The notes below the pieces were generated by a model. The model saw nothing but the letters and a program-made list of their open reading frames with translations, made no database searches and was not told the DNA's origin. Positions 40,601 through 52,600 of a stretch of 64,000 bases of DNA are shown one piece after another (position 1 is the first letter of the stretch; every line of letters begins with the position of its first letter). The position numbers and the translations under genes were made by a program. Source of the DNA: Macrostomum hystrix. Lineage: Eukaryota > Animalia > Platyhelminthes. Where the stretch lies: positions 1,178,001 through 1,242,000 of the forward strand of contig CATNEN010000008.1 in assembly GCA_950097015.1 (NCBI GenBank). Direction: 5' to 3'.

Positions 40601-43600
40601 GAACCAGTGCACCTTGAAGAGGAAGAGAAAGTTCATGACGAACCAGTCCACAGAGAACCAGTGCACCTTGAAGAGGAAGAGAAAGTTCATGACGAACCAG
40701 TCCACAGAGAACCAGTGCACCTTGAAGATGAAGAGAAAGTTCACGAGAAACCAGCCCACAGGGAAGAACCAGAACACTTTCAAGAGGATGAAAAGGTCAA
40801 AGAGGAGCCAGTCCACAGTGAACTAGAGCACTTTGAAGAGGAAGAGAACGTTCACGACGAACCAGTCCACAGAGAACCAGTGCACTTTAAAAAAGAAAGA
40901 GAGAGTTCATGATGAACCAGTCCACAGAGAACCAGTGCACCTTGAAGAGGAAGAGAAAGTTCACGAGGAACCAGTCCACAGGGAAGAACCAGAACACTTT
41001 CAAGAGGATGAAAAGGTCAGAGAGGAGCCAGTCCACAGTGAACAAGAGCACTTTGAAGAGGAAGAGAACGTTCACGACGAACCAGTCCATAGGCAAGATC
41101 CAGTGCACTTTAATGAAGAAGAGAAAGTTCACGACGAGCCAGTCCACAGGGAAGAACCAAGTGCACTTTGAGGAGGATCAGAAGGTCCGTGAAGAAGCAG
41201 CTCTAGTTAAACAAGTGCCGATAACAAATGAAAACACGTCACAAGTCAAACCTGCTCATGAGGAGCCATTACTCAAAGAGGAAGACATTAAAATTGAGCG
41301 TGATGAGGAAATGCTTGTGCTGGCCGTTCATCTTAAAATGCGAAGTGCTAACGAGACTCCAATGTCAGTAAGTTCTGTTAATAAATCTTACTGAAGAAAG
41401 AATAGACGAAATGGTACAATTGCACACAAAAGAAAGTTCCGAGGATGAGCCAGATCAATCAGAAGGATTGCAAACAGCAAAAGAAATGCATGCAGAAAAA
41501 GAAATTAATCAGAAAGAAGTACAAGACAAGGAAAAGGAACACGAGAAGCAAGATCCCTTTGAACATAGAGTTCACGATAAGCCCGAGCCCATTCATGTCG
41601 AAGGAAATGTTCATGAGAAACCAGAGCACCTAAAAGAACAGGCTCATATCGAGCCGGTTCATGTCGAAAAGAAGGTTCATGACGAGCCAAAGCACGTCGA
41701 AAAGAAGGTTCATGACGAGCTCGTTCATGTCGATGAGAAGGTTCATGACGAGCCAAAGCACCTGAAAGAGAAGACTTATGACGAGCCGGTTCACGTCGAA
41801 GAGAAGGTTTATGGTGAGCCGATTCATGTCAAACAGAAGGTTCACGATGAGCCTGAGCACCGGGAAGAGAAGGTTCATGATGAGCCAAAACACGTCGAAG
41901 AGAAGGTACATGATGAGCAGCTTCACGTCGAAGAGAAGGTTCATGATGAACCGATTTTCATCAAAGAAAAGGTTCATGATGAGCCTGAGCACCTGGAAGA
42001 GAAGGTTCATGAAGAGCTGGTTCATGTCGAAGAGAAGGTTCATGATGAGCCTGAGCGCCTGAAAGAGAAGGTTTATGACGAGCCGGTTCACGCCGAAGAG
42101 AAGATTCATGACGAGCCTGAGCACCTGAAAGAGAAGGCTCATGACGAGCCGGTTCACGTCGAAGAGAAGGTTCATCACGAGTCTGAGCACCTGAAAGAGA
42201 AGGTTTCTGACGAAGAGAAGGTTCATGAAGAGCTGGTTCATGTCGAAGAGACGATTCCTGATGAGCCTGAGCGTCTGGAAGAGAATGTTTATGACGAGCC
42301 AGTTCACGTCGAAGAGAAGGTTCATGACGAGCCGGTTCACGTCGAAGAGAAGGTTCATGAAGAGCTGGTTCATGTCGATGAGAAGGTTCATCGAGATTCT
42401 GAGCACCTTGAAGAGAAGGTTCATGACGAGTTAAAGCACGTAGAAGAGAAGGTACATAACAAGCCAGCTTATGTCGAAAACAAGGCTGATAATGTGCCGG
42501 TTCATGTCGAAGAGAAGGTTTATGAGGAACCTGAGCAGCTGGAAGAGAAGGTTCATGACGACCCGGTTCACGTCGAAGAGAAGGTTCATGAAGAGCTGGT
42601 TCATGTCGAAGAGAAGGTTCATGACGAGCCAAAACACGTCGAAGAGAAGGTTCATGAAGAGCTGGTTCATGTCGAAGAGAAGATTCATGATGAGCCAATT
42701 CACGTCAAACAAAAGGTTCATGACGAGTCGGCTTATGTCGGAGAAAAGGTTCATGACGAGCCGGTTAACGTTGAAGAGAAGTTTCATGACGAGCCAAAGC
42801 ACGTCGAAGAAAAGGTTCATGACGAGTCGGCTTATGTCGAAGAAAAGGGTCATGACGAGCTGGTTCACGTCGAAGAAAAGGTTCATGGCGAGCCTGAGCA
42901 CCTTGAAGAGAAGGTTCATGACGAGTCGGCTTATGTCGGAGAAAAGGTTCATGACGAGCCGGTTAACGTTGAAGAGAAGTTTCATGACGAGCCAAAGCAC
43001 ATCGAAGAGAAGTTTCATGACGAGCCAAAGCACGTCGAAGAGAAGTTTCATGACGAGCCAAAGCACGTCGAAGAGAAGTTTCATGACGAGCCAAAGCACG
43101 TCGAAGAGAAGGTTCATGACGAGCCAAAGCACGTCGAAGAGAAGGTTCATGACGAGCCAAAGCAAGTGGAAATGAAGGTTTATGACGAGCCGGTTCACGT
43201 CGAAGAAAAGGTTCATGGCGAGCCTGAGCAAATTGAAGAGAAGTTTCACGACGAGCCAAAGCACGTCGAAGAGAAGGTTCATAACGAGCCAAAGCAAGTG
43301 GAAATGAAGGTTTATGACGAGCCGGTTCACGTCGAAGAAAAGGTTCGTGGCGAGCCTGAGCACGTCGAAGAGAAGGTTCATGACGAGCCAAAGCAAGTGG
43401 AAATGAAGGTTCATGACGAGTCGGCTTATGTCGAAGAAAAGGTTCATGACGAGTCGGCTTATGTCGAAGAAAAGGGTCATGACGAGCCGGTTCACTTCGA
43501 AGAGAAGGTTCATGACGAGCCTGAGCACGTCGAAGAGAAAGTTCATGACGAGCCGGTTCACGTCGAAGAGAAGGTTCATGATGAGCCAATTCACGTCAAA

Positions 43601-46600
43601 CAAAAGGTTCATGACGAGTCGGCTTATGTCGGAGAAAAGGTTCATGACGAGCCGGTTAACGTTGAAGAGAAGTTTCATGACGAGCCAAAGCACGTCGAAG
43701 AGAAGGTTCATGACGAGCCGGTTCACGTCGAAGAAAAGGTTCATGACGAGTCGGCTTATGTCGAAGAAAAGGGTCATGACGAGCTGGTTCACGTCGAAGA
43801 AAAGGTTCATGGCGAGCCTGAGCACCTTGAAGAGAAGGTTCATGACGAGCCAAAACACGTCGAAGAGAAGATTCATGACGAGCCTGAGCACGTCGAAGAG
43901 AAGGTTCATGACGAGTCGGCTTATGTCGGCGAAAAGGTTCATGACGAGCTGGTTCACGTCGAAGAGAAGGTTCATGACGAGCTGGTTCACGTCGAAGAGA
44001 AGGTTCATGACGAGCCTGAGCACGTCGAAGAGAAGGTTCATGACGAGCCAAAACACGTCGAAGAAAATGTTCATGACGAGTCGGCTTATGTCGGCGAAAA
44101 GGTTCATGACGAGCCGGTTTACGTCGAAGAAAAGGTTCATGGCGAGCCTGAGCACATTGAAGAGAAGTTTCATGACGAGCCAAAGCACGTCGAAGAGAAG
44201 GTTCATAACGAGCCAAAGCAAATGGAAATGAAGGTTTATGACGAGCCGGTTCACGTCGAAGAAAAGGTTCAGGGCGAGCCTGAGCACCTTGAAGCGAAGG
44301 TTCATGACGAGCCAAAACACGTCGAAGAGAAGGTTCATGACGAGCCAAAGCAAATGGAAATGAAGGTTCATGACGAGCCAAAACACGTCGAAGAGAAGAT
44401 TCATGACGAGCCTGAGCACGTCGAAGAGAAGGTTCATGACGAGTCGGCTTATGTCGGCGAAAAGGTTCATGACGAGCTGGTTCACGTCGAAGAGAAGGTT
44501 CATGACGAGCTGGTTCACGTCGAAGAGAAGGTTCATGACGAGCCTGAGCACGTCGAAGAGAAGGTTCATGACGAGCCAAAACACGTCGAAGAAAATGTTC
44601 ATGACGAGTCGGCTTATGTCGGCGAAAAGGTTCATGACGAGCCGGTTTACGTCGAAGAAAAGGTTCATGGCGAGCCTGAGCACATTGAAGAGAAGTTTCA
44701 TGACGAGCCAAAGCACGTCGAAGAGAAGGTTCATAACGAGCCAAAGCAAATGGAAATGAAGGTTTATGACGAGCCGGTTCACGTCGAAGAAAAGGTTCAG
44801 GGCGAGCCTGAGCACCTTGAAGCGAAGGTTCATGACGAGCCAAAACACGTCGAAGAGAAGGTTCATGACGAGCCAAAGCAAATGGAAATGAAGGTTCATG
44901 ACGAGCCAAAACACGTCGAAGAGAAGATTCATGACGAGCCTGAGCACGTCGAAGAGAAGGTTCATGACGAGTCGGCTTATGTCGGCGAAAAGGTTCATGA
45001 CGAGCTGGTTCACGTCGAAGAGAAGGTTCATGACGAGCCTGAGCACGTCGAAGAGAAGGTTCATGACGAGCCAAAACTCGTCGAAGAGAAGGTTCATGAC
45101 GAGCCTGAGCACGTCGAAGAGAAGGTTCATGACGAGCCAAAACACGTCGAAGAAAATGTTCATGACGAGTCGGCTTATGTCGGCGAAAAGGTTCATGACG
45201 AGCCAAAGCAAATGGAAATGAAGGTTCATGACGAGCCAAAACACGTCGAAGAGAAGGTTCATGACGAGCCTGAGCACGTCGAAGAGAAGGTTCATGACGA
45301 GTCGGCTTATGTCGGCGAAAAGGTTCATGACGAGCTGGTTCACGTCGAAGAGAAGGTTCATGACGAGCTGGTTCACGTCGAAGAGAAGGTTCATGACGAG
45401 CCTGAGCACGTCGAAGAGAAGGTTCATGACGAGCCAAAACTCGTCGAAGAGAAGGTTCATGACGAGCCTGAGCACGTCGAAGAGAAGGTTCATGACGAGC
45501 CAAAACACGTCGAAGAAAATGTTCATGACGAGTCGGCTTATGTCGGCGAAAAGGTTCATGACGAGCCGGTCAACGTTGAAGAGAAGTTTCATGACGAGCC
45601 AAAGCAAGTGGAAATGAAGTTTCATGACGAGCCAAAGCAAATGGAAATGAAGTTTCATGACGAGCCAAAGCAAGTGGAAATGAAGTTTCATGACGAGCCA
45701 AAGCAAGTGGAAATGAAGTTTCATGACGAGCCGGATAACATCGATGAAAAGGCTCATGATGAGCTAGAGCTCGACGAAGAGAATGTTATTGGCGAGCCAG
45801 ACTTCATCGAAAAGAACCTTTTTGACGAGCCAGAGCATGGTGGTCCAAATGATGTTAAAAACACAATTCTTGTTGAACCAGAGCAGGCTACTGAAAAAAT
45901 TCATGAGAAACAGGTGCATGTAGCAATGAAGGAGCCTGTGTACACCGATGAGGTAGAGGTGCTTCCTGTGCAACTTCGAAAGCCTGATTATTCACTAGAC
46001 AGTAGCATGCAGCATTTGGAGTCCGTTGAAGCAGATTCCTTTCAGCGGGAAAGGGCTGCAACTGAGTCGCACACAGAGTCGGATCATCGGGAGGAGAGGT
46101 CTGTTCGCTCTGAAGTTCTGATGCAGCGAGAGAGAGCTCACTTCACAAGCGAACAGTTTGTAGCCGGGTCAGTGCATAGCGTTTCATTTCGATCGGAACG
46201 AAGCAGTGCTGTAGCTACAAGAGCAGAGGAGTCTTGCAGTGTCGTTCAAAGGCAAGAGATTTTTTCACATGGGGAAACGCATGTCTCAGCAACTCGATCT
46301 GCGGAGGTGTCGGAAAGGCTTCAGTTGGTCTCAAGCAGCGCACATAAAGAAATTAGCAAGTCGTTCCATGGCGAATCGACGACAACCTTGCATGAAGAAG
46401 TTCATCAAATAACCAGAAAAGAACTGGAAGAAGTTCAGCAACCAACCTACAAAGAGCATGAAAGGTTAGAACAGCCAAAGGATGAAGAGGACGATAACCT
46501 CGGTCACCCAACCTACGCAGAACGTCAAGAGGTAGAACAACCAGAGTACAAGGAGCCTGAAGAGGTTGAACAACAAGAGTACAAGGAGCTTGAAGAATTT

Positions 46601-49600
46601 GAGCACCCGACCTTCAAAGACCTGGAACAGGTTCAGCAAACAACCTGCGAAAACCCTAAAGAGGTTGAACAACCAGAGTACAAAAAGCCTGAAGAAGTTG
46701 AACAACCAGAGTACAAGGAGCCTGAAGAGGTTGAACAACCAGAGTACAAGGAGCCTGAAGAGGTAGAAAAACCAGAGTACAAGGAGCCTGAAGAAGTTGA
46801 ACAACCAGAGTACAAGGAGCCTGAAGAGGTTGAACAACCAGAGTACAAGGAGCCTGAAGAGGTAGAAAAACCAGAGTACAAGGAGCCTGAAGAGGTTGAA
46901 CAACCAGAGTACAAGGAGCCTGAAGAGGTTGAACAACCAGAGTACAAAAAGCCTGAAGAAGTTGAACAACCAGAGTACAAGGAGCCTGAAGAGGTTGAAC
47001 AACCAGAGTACAAGGAGCCTGAAGAGGTAGAAAAACCAGAGTACAAGGAGCCTGAAGAGGTAGAACAACCAGAGTACAAGAAGCCTGAAGAGGTAGAACA
47101 ACCAGAGTACAAGGAGCCTGAAGAGGTAGAACAACCAGAGTACAAGAAGCCTGAAGAGGTAGAACAACCAGAGCACAGAGAGCCTGAAGAATTTGAGCCC
47201 CAAACCTTCGAAGACCTGAAACAGGTTCAGCAATCACCCTACAAAGAGCCTAAAAAGGTTGAGCAACCGCTGTACCAAAAGCCTGAAATGTTTCAGCAAC
47301 CAACCTATAAAGAGCCTCAAGAGGTTGAACAACCAGAGTACAAGGAGCCTGAAGATGTTGAACAACCAGAGTACAAGGAGCCTGAAGATGTTGAACAACC
47401 AGAGTACAAGGAGCCTGAAGATGTTGAACAACCAGAGTACAAGGAGCCTGAAGATGTTGAACAACCAGAGTACAAGGAGCCTGAAGATGTTGAACAACCA
47501 GAGTACAAGGAGCCTGAAGATGTTGAACAACCAGAGTACAAGGAGCCTGAAGATGTTGAACAACCAGAGTACAAGGAGCCTGAAGATGTTGAACAACCAG
47601 AGTACAAGGAGCCTGAAGATGTTGAACAACCAGAGTACAAGGAGCCTGAAGATTTTGAGCACCCAACCTTCAAAGACGTGGAACAGGTTCAGCTAACAAC
47701 ATACGAAGAGCCTGAAGAGGTTGAGAAACCGCAGTACCATAAGCCAGAAAAGGCTGAGCAGCCAGCCTACAAAGAGCCTGAAAATATTGACCACTCAAAG
47801 TACAAAGACCCTGAAGAGGTTGAGCTCTCGACCAACACAGAGCCTGAAGAGCTTGAACAACCTGAGTACAACGAGCCTGAAGAGGTTGAGCGACCAGTGT
47901 ACAAGGATCCTGAAGATGTTATACAATCAGAGTACAAGGAGCCTGAAGAAGTTGAACAACCAGAGTATAAGGAGCCTGAAGAGATTGAACAACCAGAGTA
48001 TAAGGAGCCTGAAGAGATTGAAAAACCAGAGTGTAAGGAGCCTGAAGAGATTGAACAACCAAAGTATAAGGAGCCTGAAGAGATTGAACAACCAGAGTAT
48101 AAGGAGCCTGAAGAGATTGAACAACCAGAGTGTAAGGAGCCTGAAGAGATTGAACAACCAAAGTATAAGGAGCCTGAAGAGATTGAACAACCAGAGTATA
48201 AGGAGCCTGAAGAGATTGAACAACCAGAGTATAAGGAGCCTGAAGAGATTGAACAACCAGAGTATAAGGAGCCTGAAGAGATTGAACAACCAGAGTATAA
48301 GGAGCCTGAAGAGATTGAACAACCAGAGTATAAGGAGCCTGAAGAGATTGAACAACCAGAGTGTAAGGAGCCTGAAGAGATTGAACAACCAAAGTATAAG
48401 GAGCCTGAAGAGATTGAACAACCAGAGTATAAGGAGCCTGAAGAGATTGAACAACCAGAGTATAAGGAGCCTGAAGAGATTGAAAAACCAGAGTATAAGA
48501 AGCCTGAAGAGATTGAGCCCCCAACCTTCAAAGACCTGGAACAGGTTCAGCTAACAACCTACGAAGAGCCTGAAGAGATTGAACAACCAGAGTGCAATGA
48601 GCCTGAAGATGTTGATCAGCCAAAGCACAAAGTTGTCGAGACCTACAAAGACCTGGAACGGGTTTATCAACCAGCCTACGAAGAGCGTGAAGAGCCTAAA
48701 GAACCGCAGTACAAAGAGCTTGTGCGCCCAACCTACGAAGAAACCGAGAAGCTGGTGATGCCATCATTTGAAAAGCGAACAGACACCATGGCAAGACTGG
48801 AGTTGCATGGTATTCCCAGCGAACAGGAAGCGGAATTTTTCGGAGAGTCTGTCGAGCATTTAAGGGCTCATGATGAAAAAGTACCGGAAGAGCAGGAAAT
48901 TTTTGAGTACAAAGAGACCGCAGAGACTGTGGAACCCAGCACGGTGCCCAAAACCGTAGCCACCTTCGAGCAAAGTCATCCGTCTGGAAAAGAGGACGAC
49001 TGGGTTGTTTGTGAAAGAGCGAATCAGCTGGTGGAGTCGAGTGCGATGACGGAGGAGTCGACGCTGATGTCACAGCCGGGAACTCGAGTCTATCACGGAA
49101 TTCAGGCCTTCCCGCTGGCAAAGGCAGAGGAGGATGCGGCGACCGACCTACAGAAACAGACGCAGCCGCAGCAGACGCCAAAATTTCCAGCGGCTGCGGT
49201 AAATATCGCCGCGTCGCCGGCCTCGCCCGGCTCTGGACCTCCGTCGCCGACGCCAGAGTCGTTTGACTCTGTCATTCGCCGCTCGCTACCTTCAGCTGCT
49301 GTAGTTGCAGCGTCCGAATCTTCAAAAGCTTTGTCGCAGTCACCCGAGTCTGAAGAAGAGGAAATGACAGAGAGGAAAGCAGAAGAAGGCAGACAAGAAG
49401 ACGAGAGTGATGCGGACGAAATCAGCCTCGGCGCTGGCGTTGGCTCTCCTATGAAGGATGAAGACGACCAGTTCGAAATGGAATCCGAGACTGAGGTGAG
49501 AGATCCCGATGAAGCAGACGCAATGGAGACAGCAGCGGCAGCTTTCGTGCTACCTCGCGATACATCCTCGCTGAGCCAGGATGCCTCAAGGTCGAGTGAA

Positions 49601-52600
49601 ATGCCGAGCTCGGGTATCAGCGTCACCGGTGGCGGCGGCGGCGCCTACGCCAGCTGCGAAGCCACCGGAATCGGAGCTTCGGCCACCACAGACGACTTCG
49701 GCAGCATCGCGGGACTGGATGATAGCGGCTTCATTCTTGTCAGGGCTGCGGAGGGCGGAGCCGATACCAGCGAAAGTGACACAGAGCAACAGCTACCCAG
49801 ACGGTACGGTATTAGAGACGACGACGCCACAGACGTGTCAATGTCTCTCGCCAGCGAGGCAGCCTCCACTCTTGCCGGGCCAGATACCATGCAGAACTCC
49901 GAGATTGATGAAGCTGAAAGCATCGGTGAAGCTGACGTTGGTGATAAAGATGTTGAAGAGGCTGCCGTTGCGCTTGATACGCCGGAGGCACTGGTGTCGG
50001 CTATGGCAACGCTGAGAGCCACCAGAGTCCAGCCCCCTTCGCCTACGCGGGAGGACGAAGAAAGCAGATTCGAAGATCATAAGTCGAGCGACTCGTTTGA
50101 AGAAGTTAGTGTGCCGACTCCATTGGAATTAGCAGTGGAGGAAGGATCAACACTAACCGACTCAGAAGTCGAGTCGGTGGCTTCTCAGCTGGTTCTGGCG
50201 GCTCTAGCAAGCGCCTACGATACGTGGGAGAAATCGCCAGAGACCATGCAGGCTGCTCCAGAGTTGGCGCCCCTAGACACGCCGGAGCTTGAGCAGCGTG
50301 CTCTGGCCGCCGAGATGTCCGCTGAGCAGCATTTAATGGAGCTCGGTGGCGAACTGCTCGAAGGAGGCGAAGCCGAAATCTTAGAATTCGAAGCTGATGA
50401 TGACGAGGTCGACGTTGCGGAGGCCGAAAAGCCCGATCCTGAGGCGGTCATTATCGATGACAGCGTCCTGTCGCCAATCATCGAGCTGAAAGAGACACCG
50501 GAGAGTTCGCCAGAGCAGCAGCAACCACAGCCGACTTCAGCGACTGTGCCGATCCCCCAGAGGCCGGCATCGCAACCGCAGAGGACCTCTCAGATTCCGC
50601 GTCCAAGTGGCGCGGTGCAAAAGATAATTGGTTTCGAGATCGAAGAGGAAATGTCGGTGGAAATTTCCGAGGCATCCAGCCTCTCGAGCCAATCGACTGT
50701 GGTGCTGCGGCACCATCAGCAGCAAGACAGATTTCCCGAACTCATGGCAGAGTCGTGCAGCTCGGACGCCACCTCGGCGCAAGATCCTCTGCTGTCTGAG
50801 CTATCCGCCTCCCGCGACTCTTTGGAGGACTACGAATTGTTGTCCTCGCCGAGTGCGGCTTCGGCTGGTTCGCCAGCTGCCGCGAGTTTGGCGGCCCCGC
50901 CTGGCCGATCAGATCCGGTGCGGCTGGCCAAGCGGCAGCAGATGGCGGCAGCATCCTCGAGCGCCGCGCCTGCTGGCAGCGGCAGTCCTGTCAGCGGCCA
51001 AGCTCGATCGGTAGACAGCCGTTCGGCCTCTTCCTCGATTCCCTCGTCTCTGTCCGAGTTCGAGCGCCTTGAGCTGGAGATTGCTCAGCAAGTGAGCAGC
51101 ACCGGCTCACTGAAGAAGTCCTCCTCTAGCGGCGAGGCAGCGGCCAGTACTTCCGTCGGTGGCCGCTCTGTCAGCTCCTCGCTAGTCGAGTTTGAACGGC
51201 TCGAGCGCGAATGCGAAGCTGCAGCGGCTGCTACTTCCACCGGCTCGCCAGGGGACTTCTGGCGCCAGCAGCCGCTAGACGAAAGCCCGCTGGAGGAGGA
51301 GGAAGAGGAGGATGACGACGGAGCGCGTCTAGCAGCCGACTCGAAATCTTCCTCGCTCGACGAATTCGAGCAGCTGGAGCAGTCGGCTGCCGATGAGGAG
51401 CTATTTAGTGAGGCCTCAAAGATCGCTGAAGCTTTGGAGGCCGGCCAGCTGCCGACCGTAGGCGAGATGTCACCTGAGGAAGAGTCTGCTGCGGCATCAG
51501 CGGCCGCGTCTGCGGTGAATCCGCCTTCTACTGCAGCCGCCGCATTGGTCGCAACCGGTGATAGCTATCAACGCATTCACGAGATCCTGGCACATGGCTC
51601 TTCCCAGGAGGAACGCATCGATGCAGACAGCCTGAGCGGGCACGAAGCGGCACCTGACGAAGACGCGAAAGCCAAGAATGAGGAAGAACGCCCAGTTGGA
51701 GAAGAATATGATGATGACGAAGACGATGATGACGACCTGTCCTCGGTTCGCCAGCCATCGGTACTCGCGGCGCCAGTTGCGCAACAGTCCGGTGCTGCCG
51801 CAGCCATGATGGGCGCCAGCATGACGTCATCGCTTCTGGCGCCAAGTGAAGCCGACTCGCTGTCCTCGTCCACCGATGCCGCTGCGCTGATGGCAGCCAG
51901 CATCGACAGTATCGAAGGCATGCGCAGCGAAGAGGCAGCTGGCGGAGGTGGCAGCGGCTGGGCGCTTGCCTACTCTCTGCCCAGCGAAGGCGTCCGTGTT
52001 GTACGCGAGCAGTCGGCGATGGAGGCGTCCACGGACAGTTTGGATTTGGACGCGGAGGAGGCGGCGGCAGCTGCGGGCAGGACAGGCGGTGGTGCGATCT
52101 TGAACTTTTGCATTTACTTATTTGCTGTGCATGGCGTTAACTTATCTTCTATGAATTGTCATGCAGTGTGTTAGTTTTACATGTTTGCCTGTTTGCGACA
52201 TCGTGGCTGTTTGGGAAGGTTCTGCTTCTGCTCAGTTTAATTTATTTATTAAAAATTTGCTTTCGGTTCTTTCAGAAATGAGAAATTTCTGAAAAATGCG
52301 GAAAATCGTAGTAGCTTTTTAAACAATATTAATACTCGTACTACTGCTCATACTGAAGTAAGTAGGATTAAAGCTCGCATTCGAGTTTTTGACCATTGGC
52401 CATAACGCATCAAGCCAATGGGCACGAGGAAGAGAGCTTAGATTTTTTAGCAAAAACTTGCTTGAGGCTAGAGCTAGCCGAGCTCCAGATGAGAATACCC
52501 GGAACACCATGAGCGACTCAGTGGACGAGACGGCATCGGATGAGCGCCAGCAGCTGTTCAGGACGGAGAGCGCCGGGTCGGACAGCGACAGCGGCGAGTC

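Noticed and set aside
42431-45757. 1108-aa hydrophobic minus-strand ORF, plus other antisense and off-frame ORFs over 39929-48554
   Set aside because: These are shadows of the 33-nt and 54-nt coding repeats, whose other frames lack stops. The plus frame is the one that connects to ankyrin exons.
52092-52174. Hydrophobic tail of ORF 41411 ([14 protein letters not shown]...) as a transmembrane anchor
   Set aside because: Composition switches to AT-rich right after plausible phase-1 donors, so it is probably intron read-through. It cannot be excluded without cDNA.
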